From positions 186,001 through 250,000 of the forward strand of contig CBFFRQ010000031.1 of NCBI GenBank assembly GCA_965644315.1: DNA of 64,000 bases. Direction: 5' to 3'. The DNA is from Caecitellus pseudoparvulus (lineage: Eukaryota > Protista > Bigyra: Bicosoecida). A program made the translations under genes and the position numbers. The notes below the pieces were generated by a model. The model ran no database searches. It was not told the origin of the DNA and worked only from the letters and a program-made list of their open reading frames with translations. Positions 44,836 to 55,784 of the stretch are shown piece by piece (position 1 is the stretch's first letter; each line of letters starts with the position of its first letter).

Positions 44836-45866
44836 ATGGAGCAACTCGTCGAGGCTTTCAGGGCGCAAGCTATCCGCCCACTTGCAGCGGCATTCCAAGC
44901 CATCAATCCACAGCTTGGCCGCTTGAGCACTGAGCTCAGTGGCGCCTCTGGTGCGGACCTACACCGAGACTTCCGTTGCAGCAAGTTTCCCGTGCACACC
45001 TTCCGCCCTCCTACGCACCGCAGCAAACGCCAGTGGCTGGTACCTGTCCCCCGAGCAGCATGCTTGGGACACCTTCACCTTCTTTGTTCCTGCGCTGCTG
45101 CTGGCTTTGCTGACTGGACTCTGCTTCCGACACCCTCGTGATGCTGGATGGCTCCCATGTCGCAAGCCAGTCCTGGCCAGCGCACCCATGCAGGTGGTGG
45201 ACAGAGCCATCGGGCTCATCGCAGCCGGTAGCTACGCTCTGCTCGTGACAGGCAAGGCGCTGACGGGCCGCACAGTGTACTTGCTGGCGCCCTGCAACTT
45301 GTGCTCGGCATTGCTGGTGTACTTTGCGCTGGATGCCACTTCACCCCTGGCGGAAGCCGCCTTCAACTACTACCTCGTCACAGTGCGTCAGCTTCTGGCG
45401 GTGCGCCCACTTTGCGTGCACCGAACCCCCGCTTTTCCTGGCTGCACAGGCTTGGGGTGTGTTGGTGGCCCTGGCGACGCCAGACACGCGAGACCAGGTG
45501 TACGCCTTCGAGTACCCCCACTTTTTCGTGACGCACGCGCTGGAGCTGCTCGTCCCACTCTACTACCTCGCCCGCCGGCGGTATGCTGTGCACACCTCCC
45601 TCACCAGCACTCTCTTCTACTTCGCATGCTTCATCCTCCTGCACTTTGGCGTGTACGAAGTGGTCAGCATCGCCTCAGAGCAGAACTTGAACTACATCAT
45701 GATGCCCCCCCGACCCCTGCACAAGTTTGGGAAGTCTTTCCGGTACATTGCCGTCGCGGCTGGCGCCGCCACAACGCTGCTGTTCAGGCACATTGTGGTG
45801 ACTGGTGTTTTGGCATGCATCAAAGCGCTGGCGCCCAGTCCAAGCGCCAAGGCGAAGACCGCGTGA
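44836..45866 (+). CDS. TMEM164: TMEM164-family membrane protein (5' end uncertain)
   Basis: GWYLSPEQH, VYLLAPCNL, |AWGVLVALATPDT...FFVTHALELLVP, LLHF...NLNYIMMPP. I could not cleanly join the ATG at 44836 to the frame starting near 44939, so the start is approximate. Confidence 0.75.
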
Positions 45867-46044
45867 GACACGGCACAGAGACAGGGCCAATTCATCCCAG
45901 ACATACGTGCTTGCGCTCCTTGTGCCACTTCCATGAATGGGACTGCCTTCACAGCATTCGCCGCTCTGCTCCTTCAACGCCAAGCCAGCACCACGCCCAC
46001 CGTGCCTCGCCCAGCAACCACGCCCACCACTCCCTTCATTCGGC

Positions 46045-47136
46045 ATGGCAGCAGAAGCCGCTGACGGAGCCAGCTCACCGAAGTCGTGGACGATCCAAAT
46101 TCTCACCCTGGGCCAGGGTGACTTCAGCGTCTCTGTGCCAGAAGGCGCCAATGTGGGCCAGCTGCGGGCTGCAATTGCCGCAGCCAAGCCCGAGCTGGAA
46201 GACAGCCGCATGAAGCTGATGTTCCGAGGAAACATGCTGCGCACCCCCGACATGCCCTTGAGCAGCGTGAAAATCAGTGATGGCTGCACCGTGCACATGG
46301 TGTACAGGTCGCCAGAGCCTGCCCCGGCGCCGCCTGCCCAGATGCAGGCTGCAGGTTCGCCAGCGCCAGCTCAGCCAGCAGCCCAAGCAGCCGCAGCAGC
46401 AACACAGCCAAGTGCAGGAAGGGGTAGCGGAGCACCTGGGGCCACGGGGGGGCAGGGCTTCGCGGGCACGCCTCTGCCCACCCCAGGTGCAGCCCGTGCG
46501 CCAGCACCTCCACCCCAAGTTCGAGTCAACCGCAGCGTGGTGAACGCCGCGCAGCGAGTGATCCAAGAGACCATCCAGCTGCGCCAGAAGAGCCACAGGA
46601 CGCCCAGCATCGAGGTCAACGCAGGTGGCAACGCTGCCCCCAATGTCGTGGTGGCGTCGGCCCTGCGCAACATGCACCGGTTCATGCACGCGATGGAGCC
46701 GCAGCTGCTGAACCTAGGCGAAGCCATGCACTTGGTGGGCAGCGTCCCCGTGGGGCCCCAGCGAGATGCCATGCAGCGCAGTGTCTTCGCCGTGTCACGC
46801 CAGCTGGCTGCGCTGGCACAGTCCGCCACAGTGCTCTCTCAAGTGCTGGGGGCTGTGCGGCTGGGCCAGGATGACCCGCGGGCCGTGCACTTGGACCCAA
46901 CCCTGCAGCCGCAATTCGCAGGCCCTGCGCCCAGCCCGACAGGCACAGGGCCTGCTCCCTTCCAGCCCACACCTGTAGCTGCAGCCCCAGTGCAGGTGCA
47001 CGTTCAGGGGCCTGGGGCGGTGGGCGGCACAGGCACTGGTGGGCTGCAGGACATCATGGGGCAGTTCGCCCAGGCCCTGCAGGGCGCCATGCAGGCCGCA
47101 CAGGGGGCAGGACAGCAGCAAGGCGGCGGCACATAG
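46045..47136 (+). CDS. Ubiquitin-like (UBL) domain protein, BAG6/Scythe-like N-terminus
   Basis: WTIQILTL...NVGQLRAAI...MKLMFRGNML...LSSVKISDGCTVHMV, then Pro/Ala-rich and helical segments. Confidence 0.75.
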   Translation: MAAEAADGASSPKSWTIQILTLGQGDFSVSVPEGANVGQLRAAIAAAKPELEDSRMKLMFRGNMLRTPDMPLSSVKISDGCTVHMVYRSPEPAPAPPAQMQAAGSPAPAQPAAQAAAAATQPSAGRGSGAPGATGGQGFAGTPLPTPGAARAPAPPPQVRVNRSVVNAAQRVIQETIQLRQKSHRTPSIEVNAGGNAAPNVVVASALRNMHRFMHAMEPQLLNLGEAMHLVGSVPVGPQRDAMQRSVFAVSRQLAALAQSATVLSQVLGAVRLGQDDPRAVHLDPTLQPQFAGPAPSPTGTGPAPFQPTPVAAAPVQVHVQGPGAVGGTGTGGLQDIMGQFAQALQGAMQAAQGAGQQQGGGT

Positions 47137-47248
47137 GCCTGGGTGAGGCAATGCAGAAGGCAGCCTGGTCCCAGCGCTGGCGAAGGTTTGTGCGCTAAAG
47201 TACATTTCGGCTCAGGGTGCTGCTGCCCCAAGCAGCTGGCGCGCCGGC

Positions 47249-48597
47249 CTACACTGGCTGAGCGGGGGAGTCGTGCCCTGCCCGCTCCATGGCTGCCGCA
47301 AGGCTTTCTGGGAAGGTGATGACGCCTGGGCTCTGCGACAGCCCGACGGTGTACATGGAGTCCTCCAGCTCCTCCAGCGCACTGCTGAGGGCTGACGCAT
47401 CCGAAGCGCCCCGGTGGGAGCTGGAGATGGACAGCGCGCGAGTGCTGGGAAGGCGCTGCTCTGCAAGGAGCGCCTCCTGGGCATCCCCTTCCACAACACT
47501 ACCAGGCTCCCGCTTTCCTGCTGCCGCCTGCTTGCTGGCCAGCTGCTTCAGTCGACTGCCGTAGGTGTACACCGCCATGGCGAGGGCTGTCAGCGCCAGC
47601 GCGACGTACTTCTGCCAGCTGTTCGCCTCGCCAAAGGCCCAGATGGCGATGATGCCCGTGAGCACTTTGCGGAAGGAGTCCACGATCGCGTAGAAGAAGG
47701 CTGACTTCATGAGCACGAGGGTGAACTTGGACGCCCGGTCGATCATCTTGGCCAGCCCCAGCGCCACACAGCAGGCGACGAAGGCAGCCACAGCGTGCTG
47801 CGCCTGCACACTGCGCAAGGCATCGTCGTACCGCGTGTACTCCTTGGTTGCCAGCAGCGGGATCCACAGAATGCAGAAGGGGATGGCGGAGTTGAAGAGG
47901 GACACCTCAGCCACCCCCAGCAGAGTCTTCTTGTCCACGTTCAGCAGCTTGTCTGCGAGAACAGCATTAATGGCGCTGCACAAGGCGCTGCCCAGTGTCA
48001 TGAGGATGCCAGGGAGGAAGTCGTCCGCGCACGTATCCCCGTCGCAGTCGTACTTGTTGGACTTGCTGTCTTCCGTCGCCACCAGGACGATGCCTGCCAG
48101 GGCGATGGCGACGGCAGCGTAGTGGAACAGAGTGAAGGACTTCCCCAAGAAGATCTTGGACAGGATGGTGTTGAAAACTAGGTCTGACGTCGCACACACG
48201 ACGTATACGCTCGCTGGGAGGGCGTTCAGACCGAAGGAGCGCGTGCCTGTCACCGCAGCTGCAAGTGAGCCAATAACAGCGTAGCCTCCCAGCTGCCGCC
48301 AGGTTAGCACGCGCCCCGTGCCCCGTCGCATGCAAAGGTACATTGGCGCCTGAATGAGGCAGTACGCATTCAGTAGCATGGCTGTGAGGATCACCAGGGA
48401 CACCTGCAGGGAAAAGAAGGTGACGGGCAGGTGCAGTGCACTTGTGCTTCTTCCATGCAAGCTAGAGCGTTGCAGGTGCACGCGCCACGCACGTGCAGGT
48501 TGTAGTTCAGGACCTTCACTACAAGCACTTCAGCTGAGCTGCTGGCCATGTACACCAGCACAACGCCGAGCAGCGTTGCATACCGCCTGGCGCTCAT
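47249..48597 (-). CDS. Drug/metabolite (DMT) superfamily transporter, purine permease (PUP)/nucleotide-sugar transporter-like, 2 exons
   Basis: About 10 TMs. GLNALPASVYVVCATSDLVFNTILSKIF...FT resembles PUP-type G-x-x-x-LP-x-S-x-Y...L-x-FN. C-terminal IIAIWAFGE...KYVALAL. Confidence 0.75.
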
Positions 48598-49092
48598 GCT
48601 GGATGACTCGGCAACTCAGCTCTCTCTGCCACACGCGGCCGCTTGTGGATTCCCCACAAGCGCTGGGCTGCACATCGAGCACCCGTGTGGGGGCCCTGGG
48701 AGAGAATACAAGTACAGATCTTGGACGGGTGTGTTGTGGCGGCTGCTGCCTTCAAGTTGGATGGGGAGCACGCGATTGGCCTGGGCGGCTGCGTTTCGCT
48801 GGGTGTGGATGAAACGCCAGCAGCCGAAGCAAAGCACGAGTGCAGGGGTACACTTTACCACAGGAGGCACACTTCCCTGCTCAAAAACCAAATACCCTGT
48901 TCACCGTGTCTGACTTGAGTCAATTGGACTCCTTCCACACCAGGCCTGAGGCTGGCAGCTGCCCGCCGCCTGTCGCAGCGACGCCGCCGCACACCAACCA
49001 CACTCAGCCAGTGCCGCTGTGTACCATGTCAACGAGGCCCCCGCACCCGATATCCCTGCGTAAGATGTTTTCATTGTCACCCCGCTGCAGCC

Positions 49093-51755
49093 ATGTCCAC
49101 GCCCTGCGCGCCTTCCTACGCAGCGTCCACCGGCCGTCAGCGGCGTGCTCGAGCCGCAGCCAAAAAGGGTGCTGACATTGAGCATGGGCTGGTTCGCAGG
49201 CAGCGGTCTGCCGCCCGCATCGCAGACCACCTGGAGCCCGTGTTCAACTCAAACCAGGTGCGCCCTGCACGCTGCCTCGGCACAGAGTGCGCATCCTGCT
49301 GCGAGAGGCAGGTGGTGTGCTGGACGTGGGGCTGTCACGCTTCGCCCCTCCCGTGCCACAGTTCCTGAGGCAGTTTGTGTACCACTTTTTCTACCCCTTC
49401 AGCATCCCCCTTGTGGCTTGCATGGAGAGCTGCCAGGCGAACTTTGTTGTGAGTGCGCTGTGGCAGCTGCCGGGGGGCTTACCCGCACGGTGCCGGTGGC
49501 TGGGCGCGTTTTTGGCCAGCTCCACTTCCGCAAGGATTCTCTACGCGCAGCTTACCTTTTTTCCCAAGCACCAGAGACACGTCTTCCCCTCCGTCATCCT
49601 GCCGACGATGTTTTGGGTTGGCTTGATACTGCAAGTGCTTGGCATGATGGGCACTCCAGATGGCGTGCGAAACGAGGCGTCTTTCCTGCCAGCGTGGACA
49701 CTGCGCATGGCCATCGGGTACCAAGTGTCACGTTGCATGGTGATTGCCAGTGCGTGCTGCGCCCTGTGAAACGAGTCCCGTGCTGTGGCAGCCCTTGCCT
49801 CCCGTGCTGCACCCGCCTTGCCTTCTGCTTGCGCAGTCAAGTACGCATACCTGCCCAACAAGGTGTACCGCACCATGATGAACGCAAACTACGAGCCCTC
49901 GTGGGAGTACAACAGGCAGCTCATGCTTGTCGCTGCTTGGCTAGATCCCACCCGTGCGACGTTGCACAAGGAGCTGGCAGCTGCCAGTGCGCGGCGCCAG
50001 ATTGACTCGGCACGGTACCACATCACTGTGGAGCACAGCATGCGCTCCTACACCCACCAGCTCCTCAAAGAGGTCCTTTCCGACACCAAGCCAACACAAA
50101 GCACCGACGTCTTGGACGACTCCCGTGCATCTGATCCCGCATCCACGCGCACTGGAGCTGTGTCTCCTGCCACTACCTCACAACCGGCGCCAATCACTGT
50201 GCCGTCCAAGAGCAACCCTGACTGGGCGCCGTGGGAGCGCCGCCTGCTGCGTTCAGGGCGTGTGGCCATTGCTGATATGGCTGTCGCAGTGCAGACTGCG
50301 GCCTCGAAGGATGAGTACATCCGGCCTCGCTACGCGATGCGCATGACGATCCTCGTCGCACTGCTCGTTTCCGGACTGCCATATTTCTTGCTGGGCGCCA
50401 GGGGCAACCTGACGAACGTCACCACCAGCCCGACATCCATCGTCACTCACGTGTTTTTATTCTTGTCCACAACCTTCAACGCCGGCTCACTGCTGGCCTT
50501 CTTCACCATCGCGGTGTTCGACTACGCCCGCCGGGCGGCGAGCCAGGTGGTGCTCACACGCCTCGCCAAGCCCTTGCAAGACAGCTACGTGACAGCAGGT
50601 GTAAACGTGCTCTTCCCCTTTGGCCCTGCGCGCCACCAGGCGGCCGAACACGTCGCAGACCAGCGCGCACTCTCCAAGCAGATGCAAGGCTTGACCGCCA
50701 CGCCAGACGTGGGCGCGAGCCTGTCAGCTCTGCGCGAGGCAAGTGACGAGGAAGAGGAGGGCCAGGGCAGCGAAGAAGGGCCGACGGCAGGCCACACAGC
50801 AGTGATGGTGGAGAAGGGCACAGGCCTGGAGCCAGACATCGAGGAAGAGGCGGTGGGCCTGGAAGACGGGGAGAATTCGGCGGAGAAGCTGATCGAGGCA
50901 GTGGCACTGTCCACAGTCGGCGCCGACGCCTCCTCTCGCCCCCCCATCATTGATGTGACCCGCCCTTCCAACGCCTTTGCCTGGATTCGCCTGCGGGAGG
51001 TGCTGGGGGACATGGGCCTGCGCTTCCAGAAACGCATGCAGCTGTACGTGGCTGTGGGCTGCCTGCTGGTCATCCTGCTGGACATCTCGGCGGCTGCGTC
51101 AGCCGTTGGCTCCTACGTGTGGGGCCAAGATCTTGGGATGGACCTCCTTGTCTTGTACTCGTCAACGCACACAGCGGTGGTGCTGGTCGTCGTTGGCACC
51201 TGCGTGCTTCTTGGAGCCGTGGCCAACGCCGAGGCAGCCGCCCAGGCGGAGGCACTCATGCACTCCCAAGTGGAGCTGGAGGAAGTGTCACGAGAGCTGC
51301 AGGTGGTGGCGGAGCACAGGGCTGTCGTCGCCGCTGCAGGGGCCCGTGGCCGCATCTCGTCCAGGGCAGGGCCAGGCACCCCCCTCACTGGCCTGGGCAT
51401 GCTGGGCCGGCAGCCCAGCGCCGACACCGACACGTCCCTGGACGATGAGCGCCTGCCGACGCTGCATGGAGACAGTGACGGCGCCAGCACTGTGGGTGGG
51501 GAGCGCTCCTCCTTCAACGGCAACGCAGGGCACAACGTGGCGAAAGCAGTCGCTGGCATGGGCGCCATGCAGATCAATGCCCTGCTGGCCGGCCTGCGCT
51601 CCGCCGTGTCCTCCCTCACCACCGTCATCAACGCCCTGCGCATCAACCAGGAGGCACACCCCGTGCGCGTCATGGGCTTCCCTGCGACATACACCTTGCT
51701 GCGCCTCATGTTCGTGTCGGTGTTTGTGGTCATTTCAGCTCTGGTGGGGTTGTGA
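49093..51755 (+). CDS. Uncharacterised multi-pass membrane protein, about 4 exons (start approximate)
   Basis: Long ORF 49785..51755 with several TMs, plus upstream TM-coding exons (FLRQFVYHFFYPFSIPLV; VILPTMFWVGLILQV) bounded by GT/AG sites. No recognisable catalytic motif. Confidence 0.6.
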
Positions 51756-51807
51756 GGTGGCACCCCCCCACCCCCTGCCTGAGCACTCTTCATGTTCATC
51801 CATGTTC

Positions 51808-51815
51808 AATGCATT
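51808..51815. promoter_or_regulatory. AATGCATT palindrome between convergent stop codons; candidate bidirectional 3'-end processing element
   Basis: Lies in the 70-bp gap between the membrane-protein gene (stop 51755) and SNRNP70 (stop 51826). Confidence 0.4.
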
Positions 51816-51825
51816 CCTCCTCGCA

Positions 51826-53013
51826 TCAGTACCTGCGGTCATACCCGCCACCACCACCGTACCGGCTGGGCGGCGGGCCACGCCTGTCCCCACCCCGGTC
51901 ATACCCGCCACCACCGCCATACCGATCACGGCTGAAGCTGCGCCGGTCGCCACCTCCGCCGCCGTACCGATCACCACCGCCATACCGGCCTCCACCCCCG
52001 CCATACCGATCACGGCCGTACCCACCGCCGTACCGGCCAGGTGGACCCCCCCCCCCTCGCTGCATGGGCGGGCCCCTGCGCCGTGCTGCTGCCCGCTCAT
52101 TGGCAACCGATGCCATGCCACCTGGTGGAACGGCATTCTTGGTTCCCTTGGGCAGCGCCTTGCGCGTGGCGCCCAGGCCTCCTCCCAGGCGACGTGGCTT
52201 CCAGCCCGGCACAGTGCGCCCTCGCTCGACGTCTGCCAGGATGCGGCGGCCATCAATCACGAGGCCGTTGAACCGCCGGTAGGCAGCCTTCAAGTCCGCG
52301 TCGTTGGTGAACTCCACGAAGCCGTAGCCCCGCGATTTGCCCTCTGTGTCACGCACAATGCGCACCGTATTCACCGGCCCCACGCTCTCCATCTCAGACC
52401 GCAGCTTGCTCTCGTCCGTCTCGTATGCAAGCCTGGAAACGAATAAGGTGTTGTACGCATCTTTCGTCGCCTTCTCGTCCTCCTTTGGGTTCCCTGCACA
52501 GGCACAGGCGTGCGGTGAGCGGTAGCTACGGGGGCGCAGCAGCCAGCAGTGACCACCGTACACGACTCTGCCTCCGCTGCGACCTTCTCCTCGTTTGCAG
52601 CGATGGCAGCAGCAGCCAGGCGCTTCTTGCGCTGCAAGGGTGTCTCACTGAACTCCCGTGGCGGCGGGGGGCCTTGCTCAAGCTGTGCGAGGAGCACAGC
52701 GTTGGGAGCAAGGGTGTGGTACGGCGCAATTTCCGCAAGCCCAGAGACAACAGCCGCACCTTGTCCAGCCACGCTGCGATGCCGTCCACCTTGCGTGGAC
52801 CAGACTTGAAGATGGGTTCTTTGAACACCAGTGGAGGTGGAGGCTCTGCGCGCAGGGGAAGCAGGCTGTGTTGCACAACCCTCCGCCGCCTGGTGCGCAT
52901 GACCAGCGCTTACCAAACAACATGAGCATGTGAGGCGGCAAGAACTGCGCTGCCGGGCCCTTCTGCCCCTTGGGGCGTCCACGCCGATTGAAACCACCGC
53001 CCCCGCGAGACAT
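51826..53013 (-). CDS. SNRNP70: U1 snRNP 70 kDa protein, 4 exons
   Basis: QFLPPHMLMLF, ETPLQRKKR, NPKED...DAYNTLFVSRLAYET.E.KLR, RNP1 KSRGYGFVEF, IDGRRILADVERGRTVPGWKPRRLGGGLG, and an RG/RD/Y-rich tail. Confidence 0.96.
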
Positions 53014-53285
53014 GGTGCAGCCTTGTGCGTGTCAGTCGCCGCTTTCTCCCTGCTGGCGTGCAAACAGGCTGCACCCACTGCACCAGCCAATTTCGCAGGC
53101 ACCTCTCCAGGCTGCAGTTCTGGCCCGGGCAGGGATACTTCCACCACGTGCTCAAGTCCCTCTAGGATTTTGCCGGAGAGGTTGTATTTGTCAGTCCGAT
53201 CACTTTGCAAGACACTAAGAAGTCGTCATGGTGCAGCGCGCTGGCGAAAGCAGCTATGCAGGCCCACACACTCATGGCCGGCTCG

Positions 53286-54653
53286 TCACTTGGACGGCGA
53301 GGGGTGGGGAAACTTAGAGGAGGGTGCTGGGTTCAAGCTCGTGTCAGCTGCTGAGCCTGGACCGTCGTGAAACATTGCAGTCGCTTGCCGACTTCGGTGC
53401 ACCTGCAGCTGCAGGATGTCAGGTCGACTGTAGTGCCCTGAGATGTCCAGACACTGGCGCTCTTGGAGAACGTGACGGTGGTCCACCTCGACGATAAACA
53501 CGCCCTCCTCCCCGTCGCACGTGTCCTCGGGGCTCAGCAGCCACTCACCGCTGGGACCAGCGACGCACGAGCCGCCGTCCAAAATCACGTCCGCTGCGGG
53601 CCCGGCAGTGCCACTTAGCGCCTGTGCTTCGCTGCCCTTGGCTGCTGCTTCCAGCGAGCCGTCTGTGACCGCTGCGCCGAGGGACGCAGCCCCGCCCACC
53701 ACGAGGTCATAGTGCGGCACGTTCTCTCGCCGGACGTCTTGCCACTTCATGACGGCGCTCACACTCACTGCGAACGAGCGGCCCTCCAGAGCATAGAATC
53801 GGGTCATATCCCGGGTGTTCCGCGCGCAGCCCGGCCACAGGGAGAAGTGCAGGTTCTCGCCTTGAGCATGCAGCGCGGCACGCATGAGGGGCAGCCAGGT
53901 CTCGTAGCAGTTCAACGCACCCACCACCCATGGGCTCGCACCCGTTCCATTGCTGGTGGGGTGGGGATGCGTTACAATGCCGGCTCCATCACCGGCGGAC
54001 CACACGAGCCTCTCTTCGAAGGTGGGCATGATCTTGCGGTGAATGGCTTGGACAGTGCCGGTGCCCCCATCAATGTAGGCAATGGAACAGTAAAGGGATG
54101 TTCCTGACCGCTGCAGAGGGCGCTCAATCATGCCCAGGATCACTGTCACCCCATGCTGCTTTGCAGCTTCCTGCACGCCCTCCAAGTGCCCAAGCTCCGG
54201 AGTCACGGCCTGGTCAGCGTACCTCGCAAACAAGTCTTTCTGCACTTGCGAACCAAAGATGGCTCCACCTGCGCGCAAAGCGCGGGAACAGCATGAACGG
54301 AACTACAAATTTACGGCATCCGACGTTGCCTTGCGCACCAGCCCTTTCCACAAAGATGGGGTACCCTGCGCCCGGCGTGGAGGTGCGGAATTTCAGCCTT
54401 CGCGCAGAAGGCGCTCAGGCGCCGGACACATACCAGGCACGAGCGCTTCACCCGTCGCCATGATGGAAGCCCCTCCCTTGGATGCCTCTCGCACAGCATC
54501 GATCACTTTCTTCAAGGTCTCCTCTCGATTCAAGTACACGGGTGAGATCTGGGCCAGAGCGACCTTCACAGTGTTGGCGTGTGTGCCAGCTACTGCGTCA
54601 GACCCGGCATCTGCGCCTTGAGCAAGCCCCGAAGGACTGAGATCAGCAGCCAT
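53286..54653 (-). CDS. Nitrilase (CN-hydrolase), 3 exons including a 27-nt microexon (54365-54339)
   Basis: KVALAQISPV; catalytic triad E (GEALVPG|YP), K (HRKIMPTFEERLVW) and C (GALNCYE); C-terminal DISGHYSRPDI. Confidence 0.92.
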
Positions 54654-55784
54654 TTTGATTTGCTATTGCTGCCATGTTTGGTCTCTGCTTTGCAAGTCAA
54701 GGGATTGTGAGAGATGCAGAGATGTTGAGCAGCTCAGTTGCCGCTGCCAAGCGCGGCGCAAGCCAGGTACAGACAGGGTGCTGGGAAAGGCAGGGCATGG
54801 TGGGCCTGCCGTCTCCATCCAGGTACGCATTCCTACGTGGGGCTGGTGAAGCGACAGCGAAGTGCGGCCTCCGCAGGCGCTGGAGTGCATTGCGAGCGGC
54901 AATGGCCAGCCCCACGACCACTGGCAGCGCCGACGATGAGACATGCAACCATCGCAGCTTTGTGCACTCCCGTACCCCTGGCTAGTCCGGGGGCGCAAAC
55001 CCTGGCATGTTTGCGAGCAGCTTCTAATCGACTGCAGGCAAAGCAGAAACACGCATCAGCACCGCAAACTATCCGCCATCATCCTCCTCAGACACAGCAC
55101 ACAGCGCTGTCTCGTCCCAAACAGCTGCAATTGCCTTGCTCGAGCAATGGGGTAGCAGTTGATCCACCTGAGGTGCCTGCAGCGTCATCAAGGCTGCCGT
55201 TGGCCGCAAGGTTTGGTGGCTCAATTTCCGCGCAACTACACCAGTGCCGCGGCACACTCGGAGAGCCCTGCAGAGTGCGTTCCAGCCATGTGCCGCAAAG
55301 GTTCAGGATTTGTAGGCAGGCAAGTGGGCACTCACATTCGGGCCTGCATGGTGTCTTGGCGTTGCGGCTCGACCCTGCGCTGTCTCAACCCACACGAAAC
55401 CTGGCCTGAAACTGGCGAATGCCTCGAGGCACCTGAATGAAGGGCTGGAGTGCTTGTAGAGAAACTGTGTTCCCTTGGTGGAGGTGATTCGGCGCCTTTT
55501 GCGAGGGTGAGGCAAGTGTCTCAAGGCCCTGGCTGCCCCTCCATGCAAGCAGGCAGAGCACTGGCCAGCATCGGATGAGTTTGCCGCAAAACACAGCAGC
55601 ATGTGCGACTCACTGCAACATTGTGCTGAACCATGAGTTGCAGAGCAGACCTTTATCGCCTCAAGCCGTTGGTACTGGGATCGGCTTGGTGCCAGGTGCC
55701 TGTTGCAAGTGGTGGTGGTAGCTGAGACCACAAGAGCCGCAGGCGTGCTGCATCAGTTTCCGCACAACTTCTGCACGGGTTTCA

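Noticed and set aside
44836-44941. In-frame TGA at 44924 upstream of the TMEM164 frame as possible readthrough or selenocysteine
   Set aside because: More simply explained by an unresolved first intron (possibly a GC donor). TGA is an ordinary stop in many genes here and I identified no SECIS.
51840-52040. Imperfect repeats (ATACCCGCCACCACC...) near the SNRNP70 3' end
   Set aside because: They encode the normal Gly/Arg/Asp/Tyr low-complexity tail of U1-70K.
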